Positions 1-10,560 of a DNA stretch of 64,000 nucleotides are shown here, one piece after another (within the stretch, counting starts at the first letter, position 1; each line of letters begins with the position of its first letter). The notes below the pieces were generated by a model. That model was not told the origin of the DNA, searched no databases, and saw nothing but the letters and a program-made list of their open reading frames with translations. The translations under genes and the position numbers were made by a program. The stretch is from an uncultured Spirochaetota bacterium (GTDB taxonomy: Bacteria > Spirochaetota > Spirochaetia > SZUA-6 > Fen-1364). The stretch spans positions 64,001 through 128,000 of the forward strand of contig CAWAHW010000002.1 of NCBI GenBank assembly GCA_963781885.1, in the 5' to 3' direction.

Positions 1-1
1 A

Positions 2-1705
2 CGCGAATCGGACCCCGAGCTGATCCGGACCTACGGCAGGGTGGCGCGCGGCGGTCCGCCGGAGCGCTTCGAGACATACCTGGGGTCTCTCGACATGTGG
101 TTTGCCATCTCGGTGTATTGCCCGCGCCCGGATCATTTCGTGGCGATCTTCGACGTGATCACGGAACGGAAAAAGGCGGAGGCGGGGCGGCAGCTCCTTG
201 CCTCCGCGGTCGAGCAGGCCGCGGAGATGATCATCATCACGGATGCCGCCATGGCGGTGCAGTACGTCAACCCGGCATTCGAATCAGTCACCGGCTACGC
301 GCGGGCGGAGGTCCAGGGCAAATTGCTCAACCTGCTGAATAGCGGAGAGCAGACGGCCGATTTCTATCGATCCATCTGGGAGACCATCAGCAAGGGGAAG
401 CCATGGAAGGGCCGGTTCGTGAACAGGAAGAAGGACGGCACGGTCTATACGGAGGACACCGTCATTTCACCCGTTTATGACGCGAACGGCAGGATCGCGA
501 ATTACGTCGCGGACTCGCATGACATCACCCGCGAGCTTCAGCTCGAAGGCCAGCTCCTCCAGGCGCAGAAGATGGAATCGGTCGGCAGGCTCGCCGGAGG
601 CGTGGCGCACGACTTCAACAACATGCTCCAGGTCATCAGCAGCTACGTCGAGTTCTCAATGCGGGATTCCACGCTGAGCGACGCGCAGCGCCGCAATCTC
701 CAGCAGATCCGCACCGCGGCGAGCCGGTCCGCCGACCTCACGTCGCAGCTTCTCGCCTTCGCGCGCAAGCAGCCCTTCAATCCGAAGATCCTCGATCTGA
801 ATGACGCGGTTGGGGGCACCATCAAGATGCTCCGTCGCCTCATCGGGGAGAACATCGAGCTCGTCTGGAAACCCGGTTCCCTGAAGGGGAGGGTGAAGAT
901 CGACCCGACGCAGCTCGACCAGATACTGGCCAATCTCAGCGTTAACGCCCGCGACGCGATCGACGGCGTTGGCGTCCTCACGCTGGAGACGGTGGAGGTC
1001 GTCTTCGACCAGGCCTACTGCGACACGCACGCGGGCTTCCTCCCCGGACGCTTCCTCCTTCTCTCCGTCGGGGACGACGGCCCGGGCATGACGCGCGAGG
1101 TGCAGGCGCATCTGTTCGAGCCGTTCTTCACGACAAAACCCGCCGGCCAGGGGACCGGCCTGGGGCTCGCAACGGTGTACGGCATCGTGAAGCAGAACAA
1201 CGGCTTCATCAATGTCTACGCGGAGACCGGTCATGGCTCACTTTTCCGCATCTACCTGCCCGACGCATCGCAGCAGGGGGACGTCGCAGAGGTGAAGGCG
1301 GAGAAAACGGCGCCGCAGGGCGGGAAGGAGACCATTCTCCTTGTGGAGGACGAGAAGGCGATACTCGAGGTGAGCAAGACGATCCTCGAGAGCCTCGGCT
1401 ACACGGTGCTCACGGCCGGCACGCCGGCGGAGGCGATCCGCCTGGTGGAGAGCCACGACGCCTCCATCGACCTGCTCGTCACCGACGTCATCCTCCCGCA
1501 GATGAACGGGCGCGACCTCTCCCGGCGCCTCGCCGTCCGCCAGCCGCGGATGAAGTGCCTCTATATCTCGGGGTACACCGCGGACGTGATCGACCACCAG
1601 GGCCTGCTGGATCCCGGGGTGTACTTCCTCCCCAAGCCGTTCGCCATCCATGACCTTTCCGCGAAGATTCGCGAGGTGCTGGAAGGGACCGGACAACCGG
1701 CGTGA
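2..1705 (+). CDS. PAS-domain hybrid sensor histidine kinase/response regulator (5' partial)
   Basis: Open frame from the window edge; PAS motifs (YVNPAFESVTGY, RKKDG), H-box LAGGVAHDFNN, G-box GTGLGLATVYG, C-terminal receiver (LVEDE...TDVILP...LPKPF). Confidence 0.92.
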   Translation, partial: RESDPELIRTYGRVARGGPPERFETYLGSLDMWFAISVYCPRPDHFVAIFDVITERKKAEAGRQLLASAVEQAAEMIIITDAAMAVQYVNPAFESVTGYARAEVQGKLLNLLNSGEQTADFYRSIWETISKGKPWKGRFVNRKKDGTVYTEDTVISPVYDANGRIANYVADSHDITRELQLEGQLLQAQKMESVGRLAGGVAHDFNNMLQVISSYVEFSMRDSTLSDAQRRNLQQIRTAASRSADLTSQLLAFARKQPFNPKILDLNDAVGGTIKMLRRLIGENIELVWKPGSLKGRVKIDPTQLDQILANLSVNARDAIDGVGVLTLETVEVVFDQAYCDTHAGFLPGRFLLLSVGDDGPGMTREVQAHLFEPFFTTKPAGQGTGLGLATVYGIVKQNNGFINVYAETGHGSLFRIYLPDASQQGDVAEVKAEKTAPQGGKETILLVEDEKAILEVSKTILESLGYTVLTAGTPAEAIRLVESHDASIDLLVTDVILPQMNGRDLSRRLAVRQPRMKCLYISGYTADVIDHQGLLDPGVYFLPKPFAIHDLSAKIREVLEGTGQPA

Positions 1706-4467
1706 TAAGGGACGCACGGAAGGATTACCTGCATCTCGTCCCTCCGTTGCTCGTGCTTGCTTTTGCCGTCACGTTCTTCAGATCCAATAATGCCTCGGTC
1801 TTCGAGCCGCCTTTTCTTCTGCCGCTTTTGAACACGGTCCTGCTCTCCGCGCTGCCCTTCGTCATTGCTTTCCTTGCCGCAAGGAGCTTCGTACGGCAGG
1901 GAACGCGCATGTTCGTCCTGTACGGCTGCGGCATGGTGGTCTTCGGCATGGGGAGCCTGCTGGGAGGGTGGGGTCTCCTTCTCTACGGTGAAAACGTTTC
2001 GGTGACGGCGCAGAATATCGGCTGCTTCCTCGGCGGCATGTGCCACCTTGCCGTCGTCATTTTCCTTATCCTCGGCCCGCCGGGAAAGCCTCAGCGTTCG
2101 CGGCGGCACGCCGCCCTGGCATGCGCAGCCGCTTACGCGGCCTTTGTCATCGTGGTTGTCGTCGTTTCCGTGTTTGCGAACAAAGGGTACCTGCCGATCT
2201 ACTTCGCCCCGGATCGAGGCCTCACATCGACCCGGCTCATCGTCCTTTCCACGTCCGCGATCACCTACACGCTGAGCGCAATCCTCGTTGCGGCCCTGAA
2301 TACACGCACCCGCATGCTGTTTCTCACGCTGTACTCCTGCGGTCTTTTTCTCACCGCCATGGGGCTGGGCGTGCTGCTGAACCTGGGGACCATTGGCAGC
2401 GCGCTCGGCTGGACGGGCAGGACGGCCCAGTACGCGGGAAGCCTTTACTTCGGCGCCGCGATTCTCGTGGGCATCCGCGAGACGCGGCTTGCCGGCACGT
2501 CTCTGCCCGTCTACCTGGGGGAGCTCTTTCGGTCCCGGCTGGATGACCAGGTGCGCGACAGGACGCATGACCTTGTCACCCTGAACGAAAGGCTCGTGCA
2601 CGAGGCGCAGGAGAGACTCCTGGCGGAAGAAGAGCTGCGTCGCAGCGAGGAACGCCTGCGTCTCGCCGCGGAATCGACCGGGTTCGGCGTCTATCGCTAC
2701 AGCTTCGGGACGGGCAGCGCGTACTACTCCCCCGAGCTCCTGAAGCTCTTCGGCCTGCCGCCGGATGCCCCGTTGCCCCTGGATGAGGACCTGGTTGCAC
2801 GGGCGCTACACCCCGACGATCGCGCCGACTATCTCGCGCACATGAACGCGGCAAATGACCCGGGCGGTTCCGGGATCCTGGACCTCGAGTACCGCATCCT
2901 GAGGACCGACGGCGAGCAGAGATGGCTGAAGGTCCGCGGACGGACCACTTTCTCCGGCAGCGGCGACGGGGGACGACCCGTGTCTGCCAGCGGAATCGTC
3001 CAGGACGTCACGGAACGCAGGCAGGCGGAAGCGAAGATCGAGGAGCGGGAAGCGACGTATCGGTCCGTCATCGAGAACTCCCTTCAGGGCGTTGCCATCA
3101 TCCAGGATGGCAGGATTGTCCTTTGCAATGAGGCCCTCTGCAGGATGAATGGCTACTCCCGGGACGAGGTGTATCGCATGACGCAGGAGGAGGTTCTCGA
3201 GACCGTCCACGTGGAGGATCGCGCAATGGTGGCCGCGTCGACGCGCGCGCTCACGGAAGGCGTCGAGCTGCCGGCCCGGGTCGTCCGATTTCTGGACAAG
3301 ACGGGCGGAATCCGATGGGTCGAAGTGCTCGCGGCAAGGACGGTGTTCCATGGATCGCCTGCCTTCCAGATGTCGTATGTCGACGTCACGGAGCGACGAC
3401 GCGCGGAAGCTGCCTACCATTCACTCATCGACCACGCCATGCTCGGCATGGCCATCCTGAAGGATGGCCGCGTCGTTTTTGCCAACCCGGCGCTCGCGGA
3501 AATCTGCGGGTATTCCGTGGACGGAGCTGCTCCATCTCGACGCCCGAGCAGGAGGTATCCGTTGCCTGATTGTACGAGGACGTGGAGATTGGAAGTGCTG
3601 CAGTCACGCATCGTCCGAGCGCCTTGCGGGCCAGAGGCCGCGCGGACCCAGGTGTTCAGGATTCATGCGCAAGGACGGAAGCCTGCGATGGGTGGAGACG
3701 CAGACGATGCGTCATCGACTATGAAGGAGAGCCCCGCGTTGCAGGTGTCGTACAAGGATGCGACGACGGAATTGGCCGCGGAAGAGAGGCTCCGGAGCGC
3801 CCACACGAATATGCGGAACCTGGCCGTGCACCTGCTCCACGCCCGCGAGGAGGAGCGGCGAAATGTTGCGCGGGAGATTCATGACGAGCTCGGCCAGACC
3901 CTGGCGGCACTCAAGATGGACCTCCATTGGCTGGCAAAGCGCCTGTCGGCGGACACGGGGCCGGTGCAGGAGAAGATCAAAGGAACGATCGAGCTCGGGG
4001 AACAGGCAATCAGCACCGTGCAGCGCATCGCCGCGTATCTCCGGCCGAGGATGCTGGACGACCTGGGCCTGGCACCGGCGCTGGAGCAGCTCGGTGCAGA
4101 TTTCATGCGTCGAACGAAGATCACCTGCAGCGTGACGGCCGAGGTCTCTGCGCTGATTGGAAAAAACGCGGCAACCACGTTGTACCGGATAGCCCAGGAA
4201 GCCCTGGCGAATGTCGGGCGGCATTCACACGCCGACAACGCCTCCATCCGCATGACCGTTGCCGGCGGAACGCTCGATCTCCGCGTCGAGGATGACGGCA
4301 TTGGCATCACCTGGCAGCAGGCGGAAGCGCCCGGCGCGTATGGTCTCATCGGGCTCCGCGAGAGAGTGGAGGGCCTGGGGGGCAGCCTGTCCATCACGGG
4401 AGAGCTCGGACGCGGGACGATCGTTCTGGCGCGCATTCCCCTTCCGCCGGAAGGGGGGCTCGCGTGA
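1702..4467 (+). CDS. Membrane-bound multi-PAS sensor histidine kinase, NarX/UhpB (HisKA_3) type; compensating indels around 3520-3720
   Basis: About 8 hydrophobic N-terminal helices; several PAS repeats; EERRNVAREIHDELGQ H-box; QEALAN, DDGIG, GLIGLRERV motifs; PAS text RKDGSLRWVE appears in an alternative frame (ORF 3464-3724). Confidence 0.88.
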   Translation: MIRDARKDYLHLVPPLLVLAFAVTFFRSNNASVFEPPFLLPLLNTVLLSALPFVIAFLAARSFVRQGTRMFVLYGCGMVVFGMGSLLGGWGLLLYGENVSVTAQNIGCFLGGMCHLAVVIFLILGPPGKPQRSRRHAALACAAAYAAFVIVVVVVSVFANKGYLPIYFAPDRGLTSTRLIVLSTSAITYTLSAILVAALNTRTRMLFLTLYSCGLFLTAMGLGVLLNLGTIGSALGWTGRTAQYAGSLYFGAAILVGIRETRLAGTSLPVYLGELFRSRLDDQVRDRTHDLVTLNERLVHEAQERLLAEEELRRSEERLRLAAESTGFGVYRYSFGTGSAYYSPELLKLFGLPPDAPLPLDEDLVARALHPDDRADYLAHMNAANDPGGSGILDLEYRILRTDGEQRWLKVRGRTTFSGSGDGGRPVSASGIVQDVTERRQAEAKIEEREATYRSVIENSLQGVAIIQDGRIVLCNEALCRMNGYSRDEVYRMTQEEVLETVHVEDRAMVAASTRALTEGVELPARVVRFLDKTGGIRWVEVLAARTVFHGSPAFQMSYVDVTERRRAEAAYHSLIDHAMLGMAILKDGRVVFANPALAEICGYSVDGAAPSRRPSRRYPLPDCTRTWRLEVLQSRIVRAPCGPEAARTQVFRIHAQGRKPAMGGDADDASSTMKESPALQVSYKDATTELAAEERLRSAHTNMRNLAVHLLHAREEERRNVAREIHDELGQTLAALKMDLHWLAKRLSADTGPVQEKIKGTIELGEQAISTVQRIAAYLRPRMLDDLGLAPALEQLGADFMRRTKITCSVTAEVSALIGKNAATTLYRIAQEALANVGRHSHADNASIRMTVAGGTLDLRVEDDGIGITWQQAEAPGAYGLIGLRERVEGLGGSLSITGELGRGTIVLARIPLPPEGGLA

Positions 4468-5096
4468 TCCGCATCCTGGTGGCCGACGATCACAGCGTCG
4501 TGCGGAAAGGGCTGCTGCAGATCGTCGCCGAAAGTCCCGGCATGAAGGTCGTCGGCGAAGCCGCCTCCGGGCAGGAAGCCCTGGAGCTGGCCCGCTCCTG
4601 CCCGTTCGACGTCGTCATTCTCGACATTGCCATGCCCGGACGCGGCGGCCTGGATATCCTCCGGGAGCTGAAAGCGGAAAAACCGGCCTTGAAAGTGCTC
4701 GTGCTGAGCATGTACCCCGAGGAGCAATACGCCATTCGCAGCCTTCGAGATGGCGCTTCAGGCTACCTTACGAAGGGGTGCCCGCCGGAAGAGCTCGTCC
4801 TGGCAATCAGGACAATCGCGGACGGAAAGAGATACATCACGCCGTCAGTTGCCGACAGGCTCGCTTCCTATGTCGAAGACAGCGCCGGAGAAACCCCCCA
4901 CGAATCACTGTCCGACAGGGAAATGAGCGTCCTTGTCCTGATCGGCGCAGGGAAACAGGTTTCGGACATCGCGGAAGAGCTGAAGCTCAGCGTCAAGACA
5001 GTGAGCACGTATCGCTCGCGCGTGCTTGCAAAAATGAGAATGGAAACGAACGCCCAGCTTATCCGCTATGCCCTCCAGCACCGTCTCGTCGAATGA
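4464..5096 (+). CDS. NarL/FixJ-family DNA-binding response regulator
   Basis: VADDH...LDIAMP receiver plus LuxR-type HTH (LSDRE...IAEELKLSVKTVSTYR); GTGA overlap with the kinase. Confidence 0.95.
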   Translation: MIRILVADDHSVVRKGLLQIVAESPGMKVVGEAASGQEALELARSCPFDVVILDIAMPGRGGLDILRELKAEKPALKVLVLSMYPEEQYAIRSLRDGASGYLTKGCPPEELVLAIRTIADGKRYITPSVADRLASYVEDSAGETPHESLSDREMSVLVLIGAGKQVSDIAEELKLSVKTVSTYRSRVLAKMRMETNAQLIRYALQHRLVE

Positions 5097-5136
5097 TGTA
5101 GGAAAAGTCCTACAAAAGAATCCGACATTACCTGAT
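5097..5136 (+). promoter_or_regulatory. Perfect inverted repeat TGTAGGA-AAAG-TCCTACA (5097-5114) plus a weaker adjacent site (5120-5136); probable NarL-family operator upstream of a GATAAT -10 (5159-5164)
   Basis: 7-4-7 palindrome read directly, immediately after the response-regulator stop codon and ahead of the long downstream operon. Confidence 0.6.
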
Positions 5137-5170
5137 ACCGACGTGAAAAGCGTCACATGATAATGCCATT

Positions 5171-5545
5171 GTGATAGTACTTCTGATCGATCATGAGACG
5201 CCGTTGCGGACGCGGCTCGCGGGAGCCATCTCCGAGCTGGCGGATGTCCAGCTTCAAATCCAGGAGCCCGGCTCGTCGGAAGTCGACACGACTATCACGG
5301 AGCTGCGTCCTGATGTCGTTCTCATCGACATCGACGAATCGCGCGGCAGCGGTCTGGAAATGATCAAGCGGATCCGTGCGCGCCGGCAGGAGCGGAGACC
5401 GGTGATCATGGCGATCGCCAGCTCCGCCTCCATTCGGTATCGGGAAAGTTGCCTGGAAGCCGGCGCCATGTACTTTTTCAATTGCATGAGAGAGCAGGAC
5501 TGGCTCCTGGAATCACTTGCATCGATCCGCGAGCAATTGGGGTGA
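5171..5545 (+). CDS. Stand-alone receiver-domain protein (atypical)
   Basis: REC fold pattern (LLIDHE...PDVVLIDID...AGAMYFF); the conserved Lys after the last strand is absent (FFNC). Confidence 0.75.
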   Translation: MIVLLIDHETPLRTRLAGAISELADVQLQIQEPGSSEVDTTITELRPDVVLIDIDESRGSGLEMIKRIRARRQERRPVIMAIASSASIRYRESCLEAGAMYFFNCMREQDWLLESLASIREQLG

Positions 5546-5578
5546 ATCACACTATGTGACAGGGAGGCTCGAGATCGC

Positions 5579-6241
5579 ATGAAAGAACAGTCTGGCCGTG
5601 ACTCCCTATCCGACAATCGTCTTCCCGCATTCACCCGGGCGCTCCTGGAAGTGGACCGCGTGGCATCCCAGCGGATCCTCCTGGAGTCCGATCCGTCGGG
5701 CGGTCCGATGGAGCGCATCGAGCGGCTGATCGTTCCCGCGCTCGTCAGCATCGGCAACGGCTGGGACGACGGGAGCGTTTCTCTTTCCCAGGTCTACATG
5801 GCGGGTCGGTTGTGCGAAACGCTGGTCGACGCGATCCTGCCGGCTGCCGATCCGCAGCGGCGCCGCAATCCAATCATGGCGATTGCCGTGCTCGAAGACT
5901 ACCACATGCTCGGCCTGCGCATCGTCTACGCGGCCCTGCGCGCTTCGGGCTTTGAGCTTGCCAACTACGGTCGGCTCAGCGTGGATGAGGTGACGGCGCG
6001 CGTGAAGGCTGACGGCGTCGCTTTCCTGCTGCTGTCGGTCCTGATGCTTCCCTCCGCTCTGCAGATCAAAGAGGTGACGGCGCGCCTTCGCGCCGAAAGC
6101 CCGGCGACGAAGGTCATCGTCGGCGGTGCGCCTTTCCGTTTCGACCCGAACCTCGCCGCCGAGGTCGGAGCCGACGCCGTGGGCGATTCCGCCGGAGAGG
6201 CCGTGGCCATCGTGCGCCGCTTCATGGAAGTCCGGCCGTGA
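5579..6241 (+). CDS. Cobalamin (B12)-binding corrinoid protein
   Basis: Cap-domain motif (LIVPALVSIGNGW...SQVYM) and His-on motif DxHxxG (EDYHMLG), SxL (LSVLM), VGG. Confidence 0.88.
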   Translation: MKEQSGRDSLSDNRLPAFTRALLEVDRVASQRILLESDPSGGPMERIERLIVPALVSIGNGWDDGSVSLSQVYMAGRLCETLVDAILPAADPQRRRNPIMAIAVLEDYHMLGLRIVYAALRASGFELANYGRLSVDEVTARVKADGVAFLLLSVLMLPSALQIKEVTARLRAESPATKVIVGGAPFRFDPNLAAEVGADAVGDSAGEAVAIVRRFMEVRP

Positions 6242-7295
6242 GCGCCGTCATGACGTCTGCCGAGCGCGTTCAAACGGCGCTCGCACACAAGGAGCCCGAC
6301 CGTGTGCCGTTCCTGCTTCCCGCCATCCTGCGGGGTGCACGGGAGATGGGTCTCTCCATCCAGGACTACTTTTCGGACGCGGAAGCCGTTGCGGAAGGCC
6401 AGATACCGGCTTCAGCAGAAGCTCGGACATGACGGGCTTTTCGGATTCTTTTATTCCAGCCAGGAGCACGAAGCATTCGGTGGGGAAACGGTATTTCGCG
6501 CCGATGGTCCGCCGAATGCCGCCGGGCCGGTGATCTCGACGCCGGCGGACATCGATAGGATGGAGCCGCCGCGCATCGATGACTCCCCGACCCTCCGGCG
6601 CGTGCTGCGCGTCATCGCGCTGCTGCGGGCGCATGCCGGGCAATGACGTCCCGGTCCTCGGCGTCGCGATCTCGCCGTTTTCACTTCCCGTGATGCAGAT
6701 GGGCTTCGAGTCCTATCTCGTGCTCATGCACGAGGACCCGGTGCGATTCGAGCGCCTTGTCCGCGTCAACGAGGAGTTCACCGTCGCGTGGGCGAATGCG
6801 CAGATCGCAGCCGGGGCGAGCGCCATCTCATTCGCCGATCCCGTCTCGTCTCCCACGATCGTTCCGCGGTCGCTGTACCTGCGCACGGGATGGGCGATCG
6901 CGTCGCGGACGCTCGCCCGCATCGGCGCCCCGTGCGCGACCAGCTTCGCGTCGGGGCGGATCCTGCCGATCGTGGAGGACATCGCGCGGACCTGCACGGT
7001 CGCCGTCGGGGCGAGCGCGATGGAGGACCTGGCGGCGACCAAGGACCTCTGCCGCGGACGCCTGGCGGTGATGGGGAATCTCAACGCAATCGAGATGCGG
7101 TGCTGGACACCCGCGGTCGCGGAAAAGAAGGTCAAGGAAGCCATTTCCAAGGCAGGACCCGGCGGCGGCTTCGTGCTGACCGACAATCACGGCGAGATCC
7201 CGTGGCAGGTGCCCGACGAGGTCCTTGTCGCCATCGCCGATGCGGTGCGCCGTTGGGGCTCCTATCCCCTGGCGTGGGTTTCCGACGATGCCTGA
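6238..7295 (+). CDS. Uroporphyrinogen-decarboxylase/MtaA-CmuA-fold protein (two frameshifts)
   Basis: N-terminal MTSAERV...[33 protein letters not shown] motifs spread over ORFs 6238-6432, 6302-6646 and 6579-7295. Confidence 0.82.
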
Positions 7296-10200
7296 CGGTC
7301 TCACGCTCCGGGTCTGCCGCCATTGCACGCATGAAGCGCGGGCCGCCCTGCGCGAAGACGGGATCGATGACGTCGCCATTTCTGCATGCTCCGGTGAGTG
7401 CATTTCCCGGAAGAACGGGCACGAGGACGGGCCCGATACCGCCGAGGTGGGAATATGCCAGGCGCTGCCCCCGCACGACGTGGGGGAGGGGCCCGCCGCA
7501 GTCCGGGATTTCGGCATCGGGCATTTCCTCTCTTTCATTGCGCCTCCGCCTTTGATCAGCGCACAAATCGCCCGGGGCGCCTATGTCGTGACCCCCGGGT
7601 GGCTGGATGACTGGCGCCGCCGCCTCGAGGAATGGGGTTTCGACCAGACGACAGCCCGGGACTTTTTTCACGAATTCAGCCGCGCCATCATCCTGTTCGA
7701 TACCTTCATGATGCCGGAAGCGGGCGCACGTCTTCGTGAGATGGGAAAATATCTTGCCCTGCCGACAGAAACCGTTCCCGTGGGCATCGATCATTTCCGG
7801 CTCGCCATGCGATCCCTGATTCAGGATTGGCGGCTTCGCAAGGCCATCGCCGCATCCGTCGATGCCGGCCAGCGCAGCGCGCAGAAGCTTTCCGCTCATG
7901 CCATGGCAATGGACATGACGAGCAGGCTGACCCGGATGATGAGCGAGGACGACACAGTCACGGCAATCAAGGAGTCGTGCGCGATGCTTTTTGGAGCGCG
8001 TGCCGTGCATTTCGAGAAAAACGGCGGCGAGCCGGATGCCCGCTTACCGGTCGCGCTCGATCCGGGTGTTGACCATCGGGAGACCGCGGCGGGTTTTGTC
8101 CTGCGTGTTGCCCACCTCGGCGAGACGCTGGGGTTCCTGGTCGTCGACGAGGTTGCGCTGCCCCAGCATCGGGCCGCCTATCTCAATCTGGCTCTTGACC
8201 TCGTTGCCGTCTGCGGCCTGGCAATCCACAACGCGCGGTCCGTCGCGAAGATCCGGGAAACCGAGCAGGCACTGCAGGCGGCGAAGCTGGCGGCCGAGGC
8301 GGCGAATGCATCGAAGAGCATGTTCCTCGCGAACATGAGCCACGAGATCCGCACTCCCATGAACGCCGTCATCGGATTGTCGGACCTCGCGCTGAAGACC
8401 GACCTCACCCCGCGGCAGAGGGACTACGTCGGAAAGATCCACAACTCCGGCATCTCGCTGCTCGGGGTCATCAACGACATCCTCGACTACTCGAAGATCG
8501 AGGCGGGTCGTCTTTCGATCGAGCATGTGGATTTCACCCTGGATGAGTTGATGGACAACCTGATCGCGATCACCAACCACGGCGTCAATGCGAAAGATCT
8601 GGAGCTCATCCTCGACGTGGCCCCCGACGTGCCGCAGAACCTCGTGGGCGATCCCCACCGTCTCGCGCAGATCTTCACGAACCTCGTGAGCAATGCGACG
8701 AAGTTCAGCGAGAGCGGGAACGTGGAGGTGAAGGTCGCCTGTCTCCAGCGGACGGGGGAAAAGGTGAAGCTGTGCTTCGGCGTGCGGGACAGCGGCATCG
8801 GCATGACGGAGGAGCAGGCCGCGCGGCTGTTCACGCCCTTCACGCAGGCGGACGCCTCGACGACGCGGAAGTACGGTGGGACCGGCCTGGGGCTCAGCAT
8901 CTGCAAGAGGCTCGTGGAGATGATGAGCGGTCAGATCTGGGTGGAGAGCGCCCCGGGAAGAGGGAGCACGTTCACCTTCACCGCCTGGCTCGACCTCGGC
9001 GCGGGGAAGGGACAACGGGAGCATGTCCTCCCGTCGACACTCGCCGGCCTTCGGGTGCTGGTGGTGGACGACAACCCCGTGGCGCGCGAGATCATGCAGA
9101 GCACGCTTGTGTCCCTGCGTTTCCGCGTCGAGATCGCCCGCTCGGGCGAGGAGGCCGTGGACGCCGTCGAGCGCGCGGACGGTGACGATGCCTTCGCCCT
9201 GGTGCTCATGGATTGGAAGATGCCCGGCATTGACGGCATCGAGGCCACCGCGCGGGTTCTCGGCGATGGGCGCCTGCGGCACGTGCCCGTTGTCTTCCTG
9301 CTCAGCGCGTCCGGCGGAGGAGAGGGGGAGCGCGAAAGGGCCCTGGCGGTCGGGGCCGCGGATTTTCTGGCGAAACCCATCACGGGGTCGACCCTGTTCG
9401 ACGCGATTGTGAGGACATTCGCGCCCAGTCTCGTGCCCGCGCGGACGGGCCCGTCATCGGATCCCGCGGAGATCCAGGACATGAAGGGCGCGCGCGTGCT
9501 GCTCGCGGAGGACAACGGGATCAACCAGCAGATCGCGACGGAGCTCCTCGAACGCGCGGGGATGGAGGTGGTCACGGCGGACAATGGCCTCGCCGCGCTG
9601 GAAGCCATGGCACGGGAGGGTGACCGCATCCACCTCGTCCTGATGGATATCCAGATGCCGGTGATGGATGGTTACGAAGCGACACGTCGGCTGCGCGCGC
9701 AGGCGCGGTTCGCCCGGTTGCCCATCATCGCCATGACGGCTCACGCGCTGGAAGAGGAAAGGCAGAAGGCCCTTGAAGCGGGAATGAACGACCATATCAG
9801 CAAGCCCATCGACCCGAAGGCCATGTTCGAAACGATCCGTCGCTTCCTTCGCACAGCGGATATCCCCACGACGCGCGTGCGCATCGCGCCGCCGCGCGTC
9901 GACGAGGCGGCATTTCCGGCGATCCGCGGCGTGGACGTCACGACCGCGCTCACGCGGCTGGCCGGCAACCACCGACTCTACCGCGGCTTGCTGAAGGAGT
10001 TCGTCGAAAAGCAGGCAGGCTGCGCGCGGGACATCGGGGAGGCCCTCCTCCGGGGCGACGTGAAGCATGCCGAGATCCGCGCGCATACCATGAACGGGAT
10101 CGCGGGCAACCTCGGCGTGGACGCCGTGCATGCCGCCGCCGCGGAGCTGGAAAGGCTGCTCCGTGAAAAGGAATCGCCGCAGGTGATCGAAGCGGGACGT

Positions 10201-10560
10201 GTCCAACTGGAGACGATCCTTCGCGAGGCGCTGGACTCGATCCGCGCGGCGCTCGCTGAGACGGAACGACTCCCCCCGCGCGCCGATTCCGGACCTTCCC
10301 TCGAGGACCCGGACGCCGCGCTCTCCGTCCTGGTGCGTATGATCCAGGAAAGCGACAGCGAGGCGTTGGAGGTATTCGAATCGCAGCATGCATTCTGGGT
10401 GAAAACAGCGGGCCCCGAGGAAACGAAGACGGTCGCCGACCTGCTGCGGGGATACGATTTTCCCGCGGCACTCTTGCACGCGCAGGGGCTTCAGCGGCGC
10501 CTTCGCGCATTGGGGAGACCGGTCGTGGGCGCCGCCGAGAGGGACAAGGAAAATGGGTGA
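7288..10560 (+). CDS. Soluble hybrid histidine kinase: Cys-rich/DUF1638-like N-terminus, HisKA, HATPase, two REC domains, HPt
   Basis: ATG at 7288 overlaps the upstream stop; [14 protein letters not shown]1638-like motif; [12 protein letters not shown]; YGGTGLGL; two receivers; [12 protein letters not shown] HPt. Confidence 0.88.
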   Translation: MPDGLTLRVCRHCTHEARAALREDGIDDVAISACSGECISRKNGHEDGPDTAEVGICQALPPHDVGEGPAAVRDFGIGHFLSFIAPPPLISAQIARGAYVVTPGWLDDWRRRLEEWGFDQTTARDFFHEFSRAIILFDTFMMPEAGARLREMGKYLALPTETVPVGIDHFRLAMRSLIQDWRLRKAIAASVDAGQRSAQKLSAHAMAMDMTSRLTRMMSEDDTVTAIKESCAMLFGARAVHFEKNGGEPDARLPVALDPGVDHRETAAGFVLRVAHLGETLGFLVVDEVALPQHRAAYLNLALDLVAVCGLAIHNARSVAKIRETEQALQAAKLAAEAANASKSMFLANMSHEIRTPMNAVIGLSDLALKTDLTPRQRDYVGKIHNSGISLLGVINDILDYSKIEAGRLSIEHVDFTLDELMDNLIAITNHGVNAKDLELILDVAPDVPQNLVGDPHRLAQIFTNLVSNATKFSESGNVEVKVACLQRTGEKVKLCFGVRDSGIGMTEEQAARLFTPFTQADASTTRKYGGTGLGLSICKRLVEMMSGQIWVESAPGRGSTFTFTAWLDLGAGKGQREHVLPSTLAGLRVLVVDDNPVAREIMQSTLVSLRFRVEIARSGEEAVDAVERADGDDAFALVLMDWKMPGIDGIEATARVLGDGRLRHVPVVFLLSASGGGEGERERALAVGAADFLAKPITGSTLFDAIVRTFAPSLVPARTGPSSDPAEIQDMKGARVLLAEDNGINQQIATELLERAGMEVVTADNGLAALEAMAREGDRIHLVLMDIQMPVMDGYEATRRLRAQARFARLPIIAMTAHALEEERQKALEAGMNDHISKPIDPKAMFETIRRFLRTADIPTTRVRIAPPRVDEAAFPAIRGVDVTTALTRLAGNHRLYRGLLKEFVEKQAGCARDIGEALLRGDVKHAEIRAHTMNGIAGNLGVDAVHAAAAELERLLREKESPQVIEAGRVQLETILREALDSIRAALAETERLPPRADSGPSLEDPDAALSVLVRMIQESDSEALEVFESQHAFWVKTAGPEETKTVADLLRGYDFPAALLHAQGLQRRLRALGRPVVGAAERDKENG

